Shown here piece after piece: positions 36,421 through 47,594 of a DNA stretch of 64,000 nucleotides. The notes under the pieces were generated by a model. That model was not told the origin of the DNA, searched no databases, and worked only from the letters and a program-made list of their open reading frames with translations. Position numbers and translations under genes: made by a program. The stretch is from Macrostomum hystrix (lineage: Eukaryota > Animalia > Platyhelminthes): the NCBI GenBank assembly GCA_950097015.1, contig CATNEN010000003.1:2294001-2358000 (forward strand), written 5' to 3'. How positions within the stretch are numbered: the first letter of the stretch is position 1; every line of letters starts with the position of its first letter.

Positions 36421-37444
36421 CCAGCCTCTCTCTTTCTTCTATCCCAGGCTGGCTGGAGAGAAATATCGACCGGAGAGCCCTGCGCACTGGGACGCCACCG
36501 CACTCACCGCACTCAGTCTCAGTGCTGCTTGGGGGCCAGTAGACAGTCTAGGGGTTTGGGCTGTGTACATTCACGGCTTGAAATACAATGTACAGTCTGG
36601 GGCTTCGGCGCCCGGGGAAGGGAGGGGGTGGCTGTAATAAAATTTGGCCCGCAGAGTGGCAGAGGGGAGTTGGGGTGGCTGTCCTCGGAAAACAAAAAGT
36701 GACTCACTTTGAGATGATGCAGCTTTGCTCTGGATTGAGTAGAGATGTTCAAAATTGACAGCATTGTTGGAAAACATGTAAAGTGTAAGTGGATCAAATT
36801 TGGAGAAAATCTGACAAAGTGGGGCGACGATATGTCGAATTGTGTGATTTTTTGACGATTTTTGAGCAGTTTTTTGCACTTTTGAGCAGGAAGGAAATGA
36901 TTTTTCGGGAATTTGAGTAGCCTATTGCACTCAGCGTAGGTGGTTTTAGGTGTGTGCAAAGTTTGGTGCAATTTGGTTGAGCGGTTTCGGCGTCTATAAA
37001 GACAAAAGGTTGCACACACACAGACAGACACACACACACACAGACAGAGTTTTCACTTTTATATATATAGATTATGTACATTATAAAATCTGCCCTAACA
37101 CACCCACCCACCCACACACTGTGTCCTCCGTCCCTCACGTCCCTCTTCATCGGTCAGTGGGCCGTCCGCTATTTCTATTGGCTGGAACTTGGCCCAGACA
37201 GGGGGCGGGTGGGGTTGTTGTTGTCGACCCAGCCGCCGCGCCCGCCCAAAATGCTTTTTTTCCTTAGTCACGTGGAACTCTTGGCAAATTTCTTAGAAAG
37301 CCAATGCGAGTGCCAAGTTGGACTTTTGGGAAGCGGAAAATATTTTGTTTGATTGTTAAATGGTTTTGAGTAGAATAGAATAGTATTGTTTTACTATCTA
37401 CTACTCCTGTCTACTTTTATAATATCTTTATTAGATAGACTCGG

Positions 37445-37890
37445 GATGAGACAGAGGGTGAGACAGGGGGTGAGACAGAGGGTGAGACAGAGGGTGAGAC
37501 AGGGGGTGAGACGGAGAAATAATGTTAGAGAGATAATGCCACACAGAGGAGAAAGATAGAGGCTGAGTAATTAAGTAAGAAAATGAGAGGGTTAGAAAGG
37601 GAGGGAGGGTGAGAAAGAGAGGGTGAGAAATTAGGGAGGGTGAGAAAGAGAGGGTGAGAAAGAGAGGCTGAGAAATTAGGGAGGGCGAGAAATTAGGGAG
37701 GGTGAGAAATTATGGAGGGTGAGAAATTAGGGAGGGTGAGAAATTAGGGAGGGCGAGAAATTAGGGAGGGTGAGAAATTATGGAGGGCGAGAAAGAGAGG
37801 GTGAGAAATTAGGGAGGGCGAGAAAGAGAGGGTGAGAAATTAGGGAGGGTGAGAAATTAGGGAGGGTGAGAAATTAGGGAGGGTGAGTAA
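37445..37890. repeat. G-rich arrays (gggtgagacaga; gggtgagaaattaggga)
   Basis: 12-bp and 17-bp units. Confidence 0.88.
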
Positions 37891-38496
37891 GGTAGTGTGA
37901 GTAAGACAAGGACAAAGGTGTGGCACAGCGGAGAGATTAGAGAAAATATTTATTTATTCTGGTAGTTTGAGATCTATTCGGTAGTTCTTTTCCTAATCCT
38001 ACGTGGCTCACATAGAAATTTGATGTTCAGATTAAAGGCTGCTTTAATTCGATCGAATCAAACTTAACGCAGTTTGTTACTAGCGAGTATCAAATAGCAG
38101 TATCAGAAAACCTTTGTCGTTCATCGTTCGAAACACGACAATTTCCGTTTCCCACGAGATACAAAGAAGCTACAAAAAAACAAAAATTTCTCTTTACCCC
38201 AGTGCAGCATTATTGGCGGCAATTAATGTGAACTTTGTGCACTTGATCTCCGGGTGGGGGCCTATGAACTATATGCACTGTAAAATGCTAAGTTAACATG
38301 TGTGAGTTTTTAACGCCGCAAATATCTATACATTTTAACACGCATTTCCTGTAGGCCATGACTGGAAGTGGACCTCGTGATTGAAAACATTGCGTTTTTT
38401 TCATCATTTGGTTCGCAATTAGGCGTACACAATAAAAAGGGTTGCACAAAAATGCTTTAAGATATTCCACAGTTTGTAAATATATATTTCTGTGAA

Positions 38497-38700
38497 AGGG
38501 GTTGTAGTCTAATGGTTAGAGCGTCGGGGGTTCGATTCACGACTCCACTGCGATACTTCTTCATTTTATATAAGATGCTAAACTCTGCATTGCTTCAGTT
38601 CACTAGCTGTTAAATGGGTACCACTACCAGCATTATTGGGGTAATTTTGTGTGGGTGTGACGTCACCCCAGTCCATGGACTGAACAGCCGTACGCAGCCT
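38497..38700 (+). mobile_element. tRNA-derived CORE-like SINE family B
   Basis: Head ggggttgtagtctaatggttagagcg...ggttcgattc. CORE-like ttgcttcagttcactagctgttaaatgggtacc. 3' palindrome cagtccatggactg shared with other copies. Confidence 0.65.
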
Positions 38701-39444
38701 TCAGATGCGCCGTGCAATAGCTGCGGCTGTGCTGTCGGCTGCACAAAAATGTGGGCATTTGAAATATCCCAGTTGCCTTTCTACTGTCAAAAATTTCCCT
38801 GGAATTGTGTTATTTGAATTTGAGGCTGAATACTGCAATTATTCATGTATATCATATACTTACATTTCCTACTCAATTATGTGGATTTATTTTAGGATTT
38901 TTAGCACACCTGTACGCGCTCGAAAAAGAACTTTTTACCTCCCACGCACCAGAGCATTCTCGATCCCAAGGGTTCAAGCTTCGATTTCATTACTTCGCAT
39001 TCTACAATCGCCAAGTGCGGAGTATATATGCGTGGGCGTTCCCTTTCTGTAATTTGGTATGCAAATAAATTCCTAGGGGCATACCTGTGCACTCCCTGTC
39101 TGGCTCACAATCACGTGTGTAGAAGTTTCACAAAGTCATGTGACAATTTTGTGCATTGACAGCAGCAATAGCCAGCTAAACATTAGTTTAATTTACAAAG
39201 CTTTCTATTTATATCCAGAATTCTCTTAGGGTTTTTAAAAGAAAAATAGGAGATAAAAACTCGCATATTATAGAATATGATAACTCAGCTCGTTATAAAG
39301 TTTTTTGTCTGCGAAGCAGTAATAATACACAGTCTGTTTTGTTCACACAAGCAATGCAAAAGCTAGATTAGTCAGTGAGCGTAGGGTATTTATAGACAGT
39401 CCAAAATTATTAAAATTAGCCATTTCCTTTCAATTTTGCTGGAC

Positions 39445-40245
39445 TCTTCCAAACTTGACCAAACCTTCCAGAGCCTTCCAAACTTGACGAAACCTTCCAA
39501 ACTTGACGAAACCTTCCAAACTTGACTAAACCTTCCAAACTTGACTAAACCTTCCAAATTTGAATAAACCTTCCAAACTTGACTAAACCTTCCAAACTTG
39601 ACGAAACCTTCCAAACTTGACTAAACCTTCCAAACTTGACTAAACCTTCCAAATTTGAATAAACCTTCCAAACTTGACTAAACCTTCCAAACTTGACGAA
39701 ACCTTCCAAACTTGACTAAACCTTCCAAACTTGACTAAACCTTCCAAATTTGAATAAACCTTCCAAACTTGACTAAACCTTCCAAACTTGACGAAACCTT
39801 CCAAACTTGACGAAACCTTCCAAACTTGACTAAACCTTCCAAACTTGACTAAACCTTCCAAACTAGACTAAACCTTCCAAACTTGACTAAACCTTCCAAA
39901 CTTGACTAAACCTTCCAAACTTGACTAAACCTTCCAAACTTGACTAAACCTTCCAAACTTGACGAAACCTTCCAAACTTGACTAAACCTTCCAAACTTGA
40001 CGAAACCTTCCAAACTTGACGAAACCTTCCAAACTTGACGAAACCTTCCAAACTTGACGAAACCTTCCAAACTTGACGAAACCTTCCAAACTTGACGAAA
40101 CCTTCCAAACTTGACGAAACCTTCCAAACTTGACGAAACCTTCCAAACTTGACGAAACCTTCCAAACTTGACGAAACCTTCCAAACTTGACGAAACCTTC
40201 CAAACTTGACGAAACCTTCCAAACTTGACGAAACCTTCCAAACTA
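39445..40245. repeat. Minisatellite, 19 bp unit (aaaccttccaaacttgack)
   Basis: Directly visible. Confidence 0.96.
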
Positions 40246-43200
40246 TTGACTACACCTTCCAGAACTTTTCAGTCGTGATCAAAGTTTTACAAAAAATTAC
40301 GTATTGTGAAAGCTTTTCTTTTAATAAATTGCAAAACTTGCAAAAGACTAACTTTAGCCGCGGTCTGCAGTGCTTGTGACTACCCCCGTGGCCGTTCATG
40401 CAGCTGCGGGTCATGTAAGGTCACAAAACACTGGCACAGACGGCCGGCTCTGAACGCACGAGGCCTCAGTAAACAAGGCGGTGTAAACAAGGCGGTGCTA
40501 ATTCGTGTTTCCTTAAGTCCATTAGTTAGCTGGCTTGAGTGTGTGTGGGTCTTACACACTGACATTTGGGCATGTTTTTATTCAAACCAGTCTGCAGCAA
40601 CATATTGTCTAAAGCAATGTGAGCTAAATAAAGTCAAGCTAGACTATACTTTTCTGAGATTTTTCATTTCCTGAAAAAAAAACGTTTTTTCTCATAATCC
40701 AACAATGTCTTGTGCGACAGAGATTATTAATTGACTAGAGAAAGGGTTTCTGAGAGAGTCCAAACTAATGCGTTGTAAAAGGTTCCTGTGTCATCTGCTT
40801 AACCAAGTGTTTAATGCGAAATACATTAGCATAATTGGTTGCTGTAAAATGATCAAATCAAAATAACTTCCATTTTGAATGCCACTTCCGCAGTTCAAGA
40901 AGACAGTTTACTTTAATAATTTAATTTAGTTTAATTGTTTGATTTTGAGACGATTCTCTTGTGTGTTTGAGGCGATTCTCATGTGAAATTTGAGACGATT
41001 CTCATGTTTAGTTTGAGACGATTCTCGAGTGTAATTTGAGACGCTTAATGGTCTAAAATCTAGTTATCTATGTACGAGCTATTTAGATATCTAGCTACCT
41101 AGCTATCCAGGTCTGTATGCACGTAGCTCGGTTCGATTCTCGTATAGTTTAAGATGATTATTATTCATTCTGAGACAATCATCGAGCGATAGGAGTCTAA
41201 CTTGTACTATTAAAATCACTGAAGCTAACGACCTTTAGACGTACCCATGAAAGTTAAAAGTTGATTTCATATTTGGTGCTTCATTAAGATCACAATGCAC
41301 ATTTTTGCCAGATTGACAGAGCTCAGTTCGTGTCACAGAAAAAAATTGGGACATGAATGATTAGTAAAATAGATTTAGAAACTCAAGGTCGTCCATAAGA
41401 TAGCGAGATTTTTTTCTGTAAAATACACACCCATACACACGCACACACACAACACTCGTGCATTTCATGGGAACCAAGAATTTGGACTGAGAATTAGTTC
41501 ACGAGGCAAGTGTAGTTGAATGGCTAAAGTGTCTGCTTTCCCACGAATCCCAACAATTATGCTTTGAATGTTATGCGGCCGACAAAAGAGTCCGTTTTTG
41601 TGTTTATCAAGAGCGTTTTTAGTGTTTCACGTACTCGGTTAAAAAGTGGCAACATAATTTTAATAGTTTAAAAAATCAAAGCAATGAAGCTTTTTTTCGT
41701 TATGTTTTATTGGCAGACGAAACATATTAAGCAGACGGCGTTTCGCAAGGAAAACACGAGATAAAAATGAACCCACAAATAAATCTAATAATACGCGATT
41801 TATGCTACTTGGTTCGGGCTTGCCAGTAGCATACATAGAGTACATGGGAATAAAAAAACTATCCACAGTGCGTATAATAAAAGAGGGATCTTAACTCAGG
41901 GTTTAATTTAATTTGTCTTATCCAAGAACTCTCAAATAAAGTATACACAGTAAGGGAAAATCATTACTTTTCGAGCAAAATCGGGTGTTTTCTTACTGAC
42001 AGGATGATGATGTCGTGTGCGTTAATTTAAGAATATCTATAATACGACTTTACTGGGCAACGATAACAAAAGTTCATTAAGGGTTTGTGTAGCGTACAGT
42101 GTAAGACATTTAATATAACAGAGTAAAAACTGATTTCTTTTTGTATTAATTTAAAAAATTAATAGAAGTTAAAAATCTACAAAAAAAAGAAAATTCAAAC
42201 ACTAAAAGTGAAAGTAAAAAACTGCGTTTTTATTAATAAATATGATACATGTTTTTCTAAAACGAAATAGCTTATTAATCGAAACATCGGCTAACAAAAA
42301 TTTTTTTAAATACACTTAAAACAAGGAATTAACATTGAATTATTTAAAATGATCAATTAAGATTTCAATTTTAAATTTGACAAAAATGTAACCCTGTGGA
42401 TCAACAGTTATGGACAAAGTTTTTTACAATTATATGAAACAAAAGTGACTAGTAACTTCAGCTTTAAGTAAAGAATATCAGTACATTATGAAAAAGCAAA
42501 ATATGTATGTAACAAAACGCTGTTAGTAAAATTATTTTTCGCAAGAATAAAATTAACTTCATATAGACAATAGATGCACAAATATTATAGTCTCCAAAAA
42601 TACATCAACTTTATCTGTATCAACTATGTTAATGTTTTTTTTAACCTAGGTGATGCAGACAAGAAGCAATTAAGATGCATTCACTATTTACGACCTAAAA
42701 TTGCAAATCTACGGAATACTGGTGAGAAAACGACTGTCTAGTCGTTTCCTGGTGTAAAATTTGCTACCTTCATGCCATGCACTTGTTTTTCGCAACAAAA
42801 ATAATTTCTAAGTATAATTTGTTTGTTAATAATATTTGGTGTACGCGCTTTGTAGAATTAAGCGATAGGAAGAGAGTTTCGATTAAGAAGAAAATTAATT
42901 CAAAATTAAATTGAGAAATTACGTTACCCCCAGATTCACTACCTTTTCTACCCATGCAACCCATCGATCAACGCAGTTCCTCAAGATGACGAAGAAAAAG
43001 TTTTGTGGGTTAGCAGCATTTTTTGTTTAAATAAGAGTTGAGATTTATTTGTTATAGTTCCAAGGAAGGACTATGTTAATCCGAATTATGATTCGAAATA
43101 AGGAGACTTGAAGTTATAAGTTTAATAGATGTCATAATAGAATTAAATGTTCAGAGAAGTTAAAAGCTTGCTCAATGTGTACACAATTAAAGCTTTAAAA

Positions 43201-43308
43201 TTGGCAGATGCAATTACTATGGAATATTATTAAGACAGTGTGAAAAAACAAAAATATTAGAAACACGTTGTCAATATTTTCGTTTTTCTTTTGTTTAATA
43301 ATAGTTTA

Positions 43309-43613
43309 TTAAACATCTTTGAAGAACAGGCTATCGATCTGGCGACACACCTGGTCGGCCGGATTCACCTGTTGATCACAGGTTGCACCGGTGTTGGTTG
43401 CCATAGCCACGGGTGACGCACTGTGGCCAGCACTGGCCGTGTGAATTGTGGCCAACAATGGCTGCGGCGTCGGTGGCTTTGACTGCTGCTGCTGCTGCTG
43501 CTGAATAGAATTCAGTGGAGTCGACCGAGCATTTTGAACTGACTGCAGTGATGGCAGTGGGGTAAACCGCATAGGCGTCTGATGCTGTTGCTGCTGTTGT
43601 TGCTGCTGCAAAT
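43309..43613 (-). CDS. PCDH: Protocadherin probable last exon
   Basis: ttag|AT acceptor matches phase 1. Gln-rich, ending VCRQIDSLFFKDV*. Confidence 0.72.
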
Positions 43614-43916
43614 CTAAATTAATGATAGAAGGTTTTTATAGACTTCAACAATAGAGACTGATAATACACAGGTGTGTACATCTCTTCCCTAGCTGTCTCA
43701 TCTCTCCTGTTCCATCTCTCCCGTCACATCTCTCCTGCCTCATATCTCCCCTGTACATTTTCTGACTGAACAAAGACTTCTCATCACCAGAGAATGTACA
43801 TTATCTGCAGTGTACATTTCAGTATAGACCCTCGATGGCTGTGTGTCGACTGAAGCCGAAAAAATACTTCTTTGACCTCAGCCTGTCTGAAAATAGAATA
43901 ATAAACTTCTCCTTAC

Positions 43917-44403
43917 CTCGTTGCCTACCTCCAACACTTGTTGGAGCTCCGCCGCCACCCGGCTGGTAATATCCCGGACCCGATGAAAGGTCTTCGTCAG
44001 AACAGCCGCGACCACTGTCCGACTGAGCGCCATCAACTGGTGGCTGGTCGTGATGCTGCTGCTGCTGCTGTGGCTGACCGTACTGCACCACTTGATGCTG
44101 CCCTCGCGATATTGTGCAGAAATTTTGCTGCTGCTGTGGCTGCTGCTGCTGGTAGCACCTCGCGTGCTGCATCTGCGGTGAGGCCGCGGTGTCTTCTTTG
44201 ATCTGGTAGAGCCAGAAGTTCACCTGATCGCTCTTGGCTCCCTGACCGCCCTGTCTGGCCTGAGGAGGTCCGCGTGAATTTGGGCGCTCGCCGACAACCA
44301 TCTGGTGCCTAGGGTTCGGCAGAGTGTTGCTAGCGCTGCCACCGCCTCCATAGTAGGCATCGTGATTAATCGGCAGAGCAAACGAAGTTGTGACCATCGG
44401 ATT
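43917..44403 (-). CDS. PCDH: Protocadherin cytoplasmic exon with CM1-like motif
   Basis: cag|AAT acceptor, phase 0. DGAQSDSGRGCSDED resembles the DSGxGDS CM1 motif of delta-protocadherins. G|gtaagg donor, phase 1. Confidence 0.8.
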
Positions 44404-44471
44404 CTGGCGAAATGCGGGGTTATTGCAGTGTTTAGGGACTAGATGAGATTCTCAAGAATGAACACTCGACA

Positions 44472-44745
44472 ATCAGGGGTGGGGCTGAGTGGCACTGCGG
44501 TCTGACGCGTTTGCCTCTCGCACCAACGTCCCTGAGCTCGATTCCGCGGCGAGGCCACATTAATTTCGGGCGCAGCCGCGGAGAGAAGGCTTGGCGCCTT
44601 GTCCTGCAATTGACGCCCTTCAGGGATCAACCTCGATGGTACAGTGAGAGTGTACACTGCCTAAGAAAATCAGGGCGGCTGTAAACACCTGTGTGAGCGT
44701 GTGCCTGCATACAGTATCCTTTGTGTGCTCAGGAGTCAGCAAAAT
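44472..44745 (+). mobile_element. SINE family A, copy 2
   Basis: tRNA-like head (tggcactgcgg...gctcgattcc) and shared body ending gtgtgctcaggagtcagc. Confidence 0.8.
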
Positions 44746-44775
44746 GGAGCTTGAAGAATGCTCAAAAGAACTCAC

Positions 44776-45207
44776 GTGTGAGCCCATGGTCGCAGAGCGC
44801 AGGTTCTCCTGAGCCAAGCCGCCGGCCCAGGCCATCTCAGCCGTGTCGGTCATTGTCAAATGCTGCGCCTGCTCAGTGAACTGCAGGTCGCCTCCGCCGA
44901 TCATTCCACTGCCGCCACCGCCGCCGCCTACTAGAGCGCCGCTGCCGCCTGCACCGTCGACACGGTCGGGTCGACGATGTCGATTCCTCTTGCCGCCTCC
45001 GCCGGCGCCGTTGACATCGCCATAGACGCCACAGCAGGGTCGATTGACGCAGGTGATGGCCACGATGAGAATGATGGCTAGCACAGCTGACACGGCCGCC
45101 AGGATGATGATGATGATGACATTTCGGCGGGTGTGAGCCGCTGCTAGTTCGGCTTCGTCCAGCATGTTGACTGGCGGGGCAGAGTCGTCAACGTCGATGT
45201 AGATTAC
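44776..45207 (-). CDS. PCDH: Protocadherin exon (transmembrane and juxtamembrane region)
   Basis: cag|GTA acceptor, phase 0. TM segment VIIIIILAAVSAVLAIILIVAITCV. CAC|gtgagt donor. Confidence 0.88.
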
Positions 45208-45301
45208 CTGTTTTTTGATGATGATTGCGAACGAGTAAGTAGTATTACGTTCCGTAAGAATTAACTTGACAATTTTCTGTTCCTTTGTATGCATGCATAT
45301 T

Positions 45302-45650
45302 ATCAGGGGGTGAGTGGACTACTGGTCTATCGCGTTTGCCTCTCGCACCGAGGTCCCTGAGCTCGATTCCGCGGCGAGGCCACATTCATTTTGGGCGCAG
45401 CCGCGGAGAGAAGGCTTGGGGGCTTGTCATGCAATTTACGCCCTTGACAGCCAACCTCCAAGGCACAGTGAGAGTGTACATTGCCTGACGATGAGAAAGT
45501 CAGGGCAGATGTACACACCTGTGTGAGCGTGTGCCTGCGTACAGTATCTGTGTGCGTGTGTGCTCAGGAGTCAGCGAAATGGGCAGAATTGCCTCGCTAA
45601 ATCATGTGCCTGCAGTCCTCCTGCAATTATTATTATTATGCATATTATCA
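45302..45650 (+). mobile_element. SINE family A, copy 3 (most complete)
   Basis: A-box-like tggactactgg, B-box-like gctcgattcc, structured body and (TTA)n tail. Confidence 0.85.
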
Positions 45651-46624
45651 TTTTATTATTAGATAATCCCTATACAGACAGATTTTCATTTCCCATTAAG
45701 AGTTCAACATATACTCGGACTAACTGTGGGAACAATAAGTTAATTGTATTTTGGGGGCGATAGAAAACAAAAAGAGCATCCATATAGAAGTCGATGACAT
45801 CCCATTTGACGATGACTCGATAATGAAATGAAGTTTTCAGCGATCGTACAGCAGAAGAGATCAAATATGCATGCAACACTGGCTAAATATGTGCCGAGTG
45901 CCGAGTGTAACTCTTTCACTGACAGTCTCTGCAAGCGTATGTGGCAGATAATTAGCATTAGACCAGTTTTGCTTTCAATCAGCTAATTGCTAGGGGGGGG
46001 AATAAGTTCCGTGAGCTATACTCATAGCTGCTGCTCCTAGCTGACACATTCTTACAAGATTTACTCATGCAATAACAGGCTATGTCAAATGCAGAACCAC
46101 TAATTCCACTCATTCAAACTCTCTATCATTATACAGTGTCTGATGTCAATACAATTCTGCATTAAAATTTTCGCCTCACTAAATCTGCAGCAACCGCACA
46201 GCTCTATGCATGCTTGGCTGTCTTTTCTGCGGACAGTACAGTTGCTAAAAAAATAATAATAAAAGAGCCGAAAGCGGAAATTAACCAGTCTTCGAGCATC
46301 ATCAGAGCGTCACAAAATCTGCTGCAGTAAATCAAATTTCAGAGTTCAGCCTGTTGAAAATTAGCTTCATTTCCGCCGGTTGACATGAATCCACAATGCC
46401 TTCGGATTATTATTAGTCGAGAAAATGAACGACTGTGAACACGCAATTCTGTCGGCGACTGCTGACGGACAAAGCTGGTTTGTGTTAGGTTTTAAAGGCC
46501 TGAACCCTCTCTCTCTACTGGTTACCGACTGTCTACTTCACGATTGTTACCAAACAGAATAACCGATTTTCATGAATGCCACAGTGTGGATCATTTTTTC
46601 CGCCCTTTACGATGAACAAACTTT

Positions 46625-46950
46625 TAAAGTCGTCCGACATCATCATCGTCGAGATATTCAGCGATTTCCGTCGAAGACGCTGGCGACAAGGACTACGAAT
46701 CGTTATTGGTTCAATATTAAAATAATGAACGATATAATGAACAATAATAGCCGACACGGCTACATGATGAAATTGGCAGACGAGAAACGTTGAATATCTG
46801 GTCGATGCCGATGTTTTGTGATTATGGAAGTTGTTTGATCGGATAGAGCGGAACATTTTAGCCAACATTGTTCTAAATTTTCATGGCAATTGTTTGAAAA
46901 ATTTAGAGATTCTGAAAAAAATAATAATGTTGGTGCTTGAAATACCCCCA
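46625..46950 (+). repeat. Unclassified dispersed repeat, copy 2
   Basis: Colinear with 30590-30968. Confidence 0.7.
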
Positions 46951-47594
46951 CAGTCATTCTACTGCTAACAGGTGCACACACAAGCTCACACACCTACCCT
47001 GGTGTGAACATCAGACAATTTAAAAACTGAAAACTAATAGCAAATATTTAATTGTGAAACACTTTGCATTCGGCCACAATGTCCTATTGTTATTTCAAAG
47101 TAGGACGATAATAATTTGTAGTTAATCCAAGCTTCGGACGCCTGGTCACAAACACACGGTGGCGAGTCACCGAAAAAACATTGAAATAATTGAAGTGGAC
47201 CCACAATAGTATCGGCGATAGCAGATTGCTAAAACTATAGCGTTTGTGCAATGCATGCCAACCATTGCGTAAGTTACGTAATTGGTTACGCAAGTCCTAG
47301 TCGGTAGCCACCAAGGGTTTCATTCATGATTGAGAATCTATCGGTGTCCAAAGTGAATTCTGCAGCCCTCAACATTGGGGAGCCATTTTTTGAAGGCGGG
47401 TTGGAAAAGAATGACAGTGTTAGAGGAATTTGAAGCAATAATTTAATGCGCGAATCGGTTCCGAATTCCATCCAAGATTCAGAATAGGATGTATGGGAGC
47501 CGGGTTCGTTGTGACGTCTGAGGACCTTAGATTATGCGGAGTCGGGAAATTTTGCAGAAAATTCTTCATTATCCTCAGTCGCATACAAAATCAT

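Larger units (their letters stand above)
35114..37071 (-). mobile_element. Non-autonomous Helitron (internal-deletion derivative)
   Basis: On the - strand the 5' end is A|TCTATATATATAAAAG followed by a (TG/TCTG)n microsatellite. The 3' end has hairpin TGCCC-caaaaacaac-GGGCA then CTAG|T. Inserted in an AT dinucleotide with no TSD. Carries a helicase fragment. Confidence 0.9.

Noticed and set aside
35802-36503. Host PIF1 helicase gene
   Set aside because: It is only a C-terminal fragment and is enclosed by Helitron termini.
38497-38550. Possible tRNA gene (also a tRNA-like stub at about 41505-41550)
   Set aside because: A and B boxes are present but the anticodon arm and acceptor stem are incomplete. 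It continues into a CORE-like body, so it is a SINE head.
45470-45585. Hammerhead or HDV ribozyme in SINE A (ctgacgatgagaaa; gcgaaatgggc)
   Set aside because: The CUGAnGA/GAAA-like bases fall in a simple hairpin rather than a three-stem core, and no consistent HDV P1/P2/P3 pseudoknot could be drawn.
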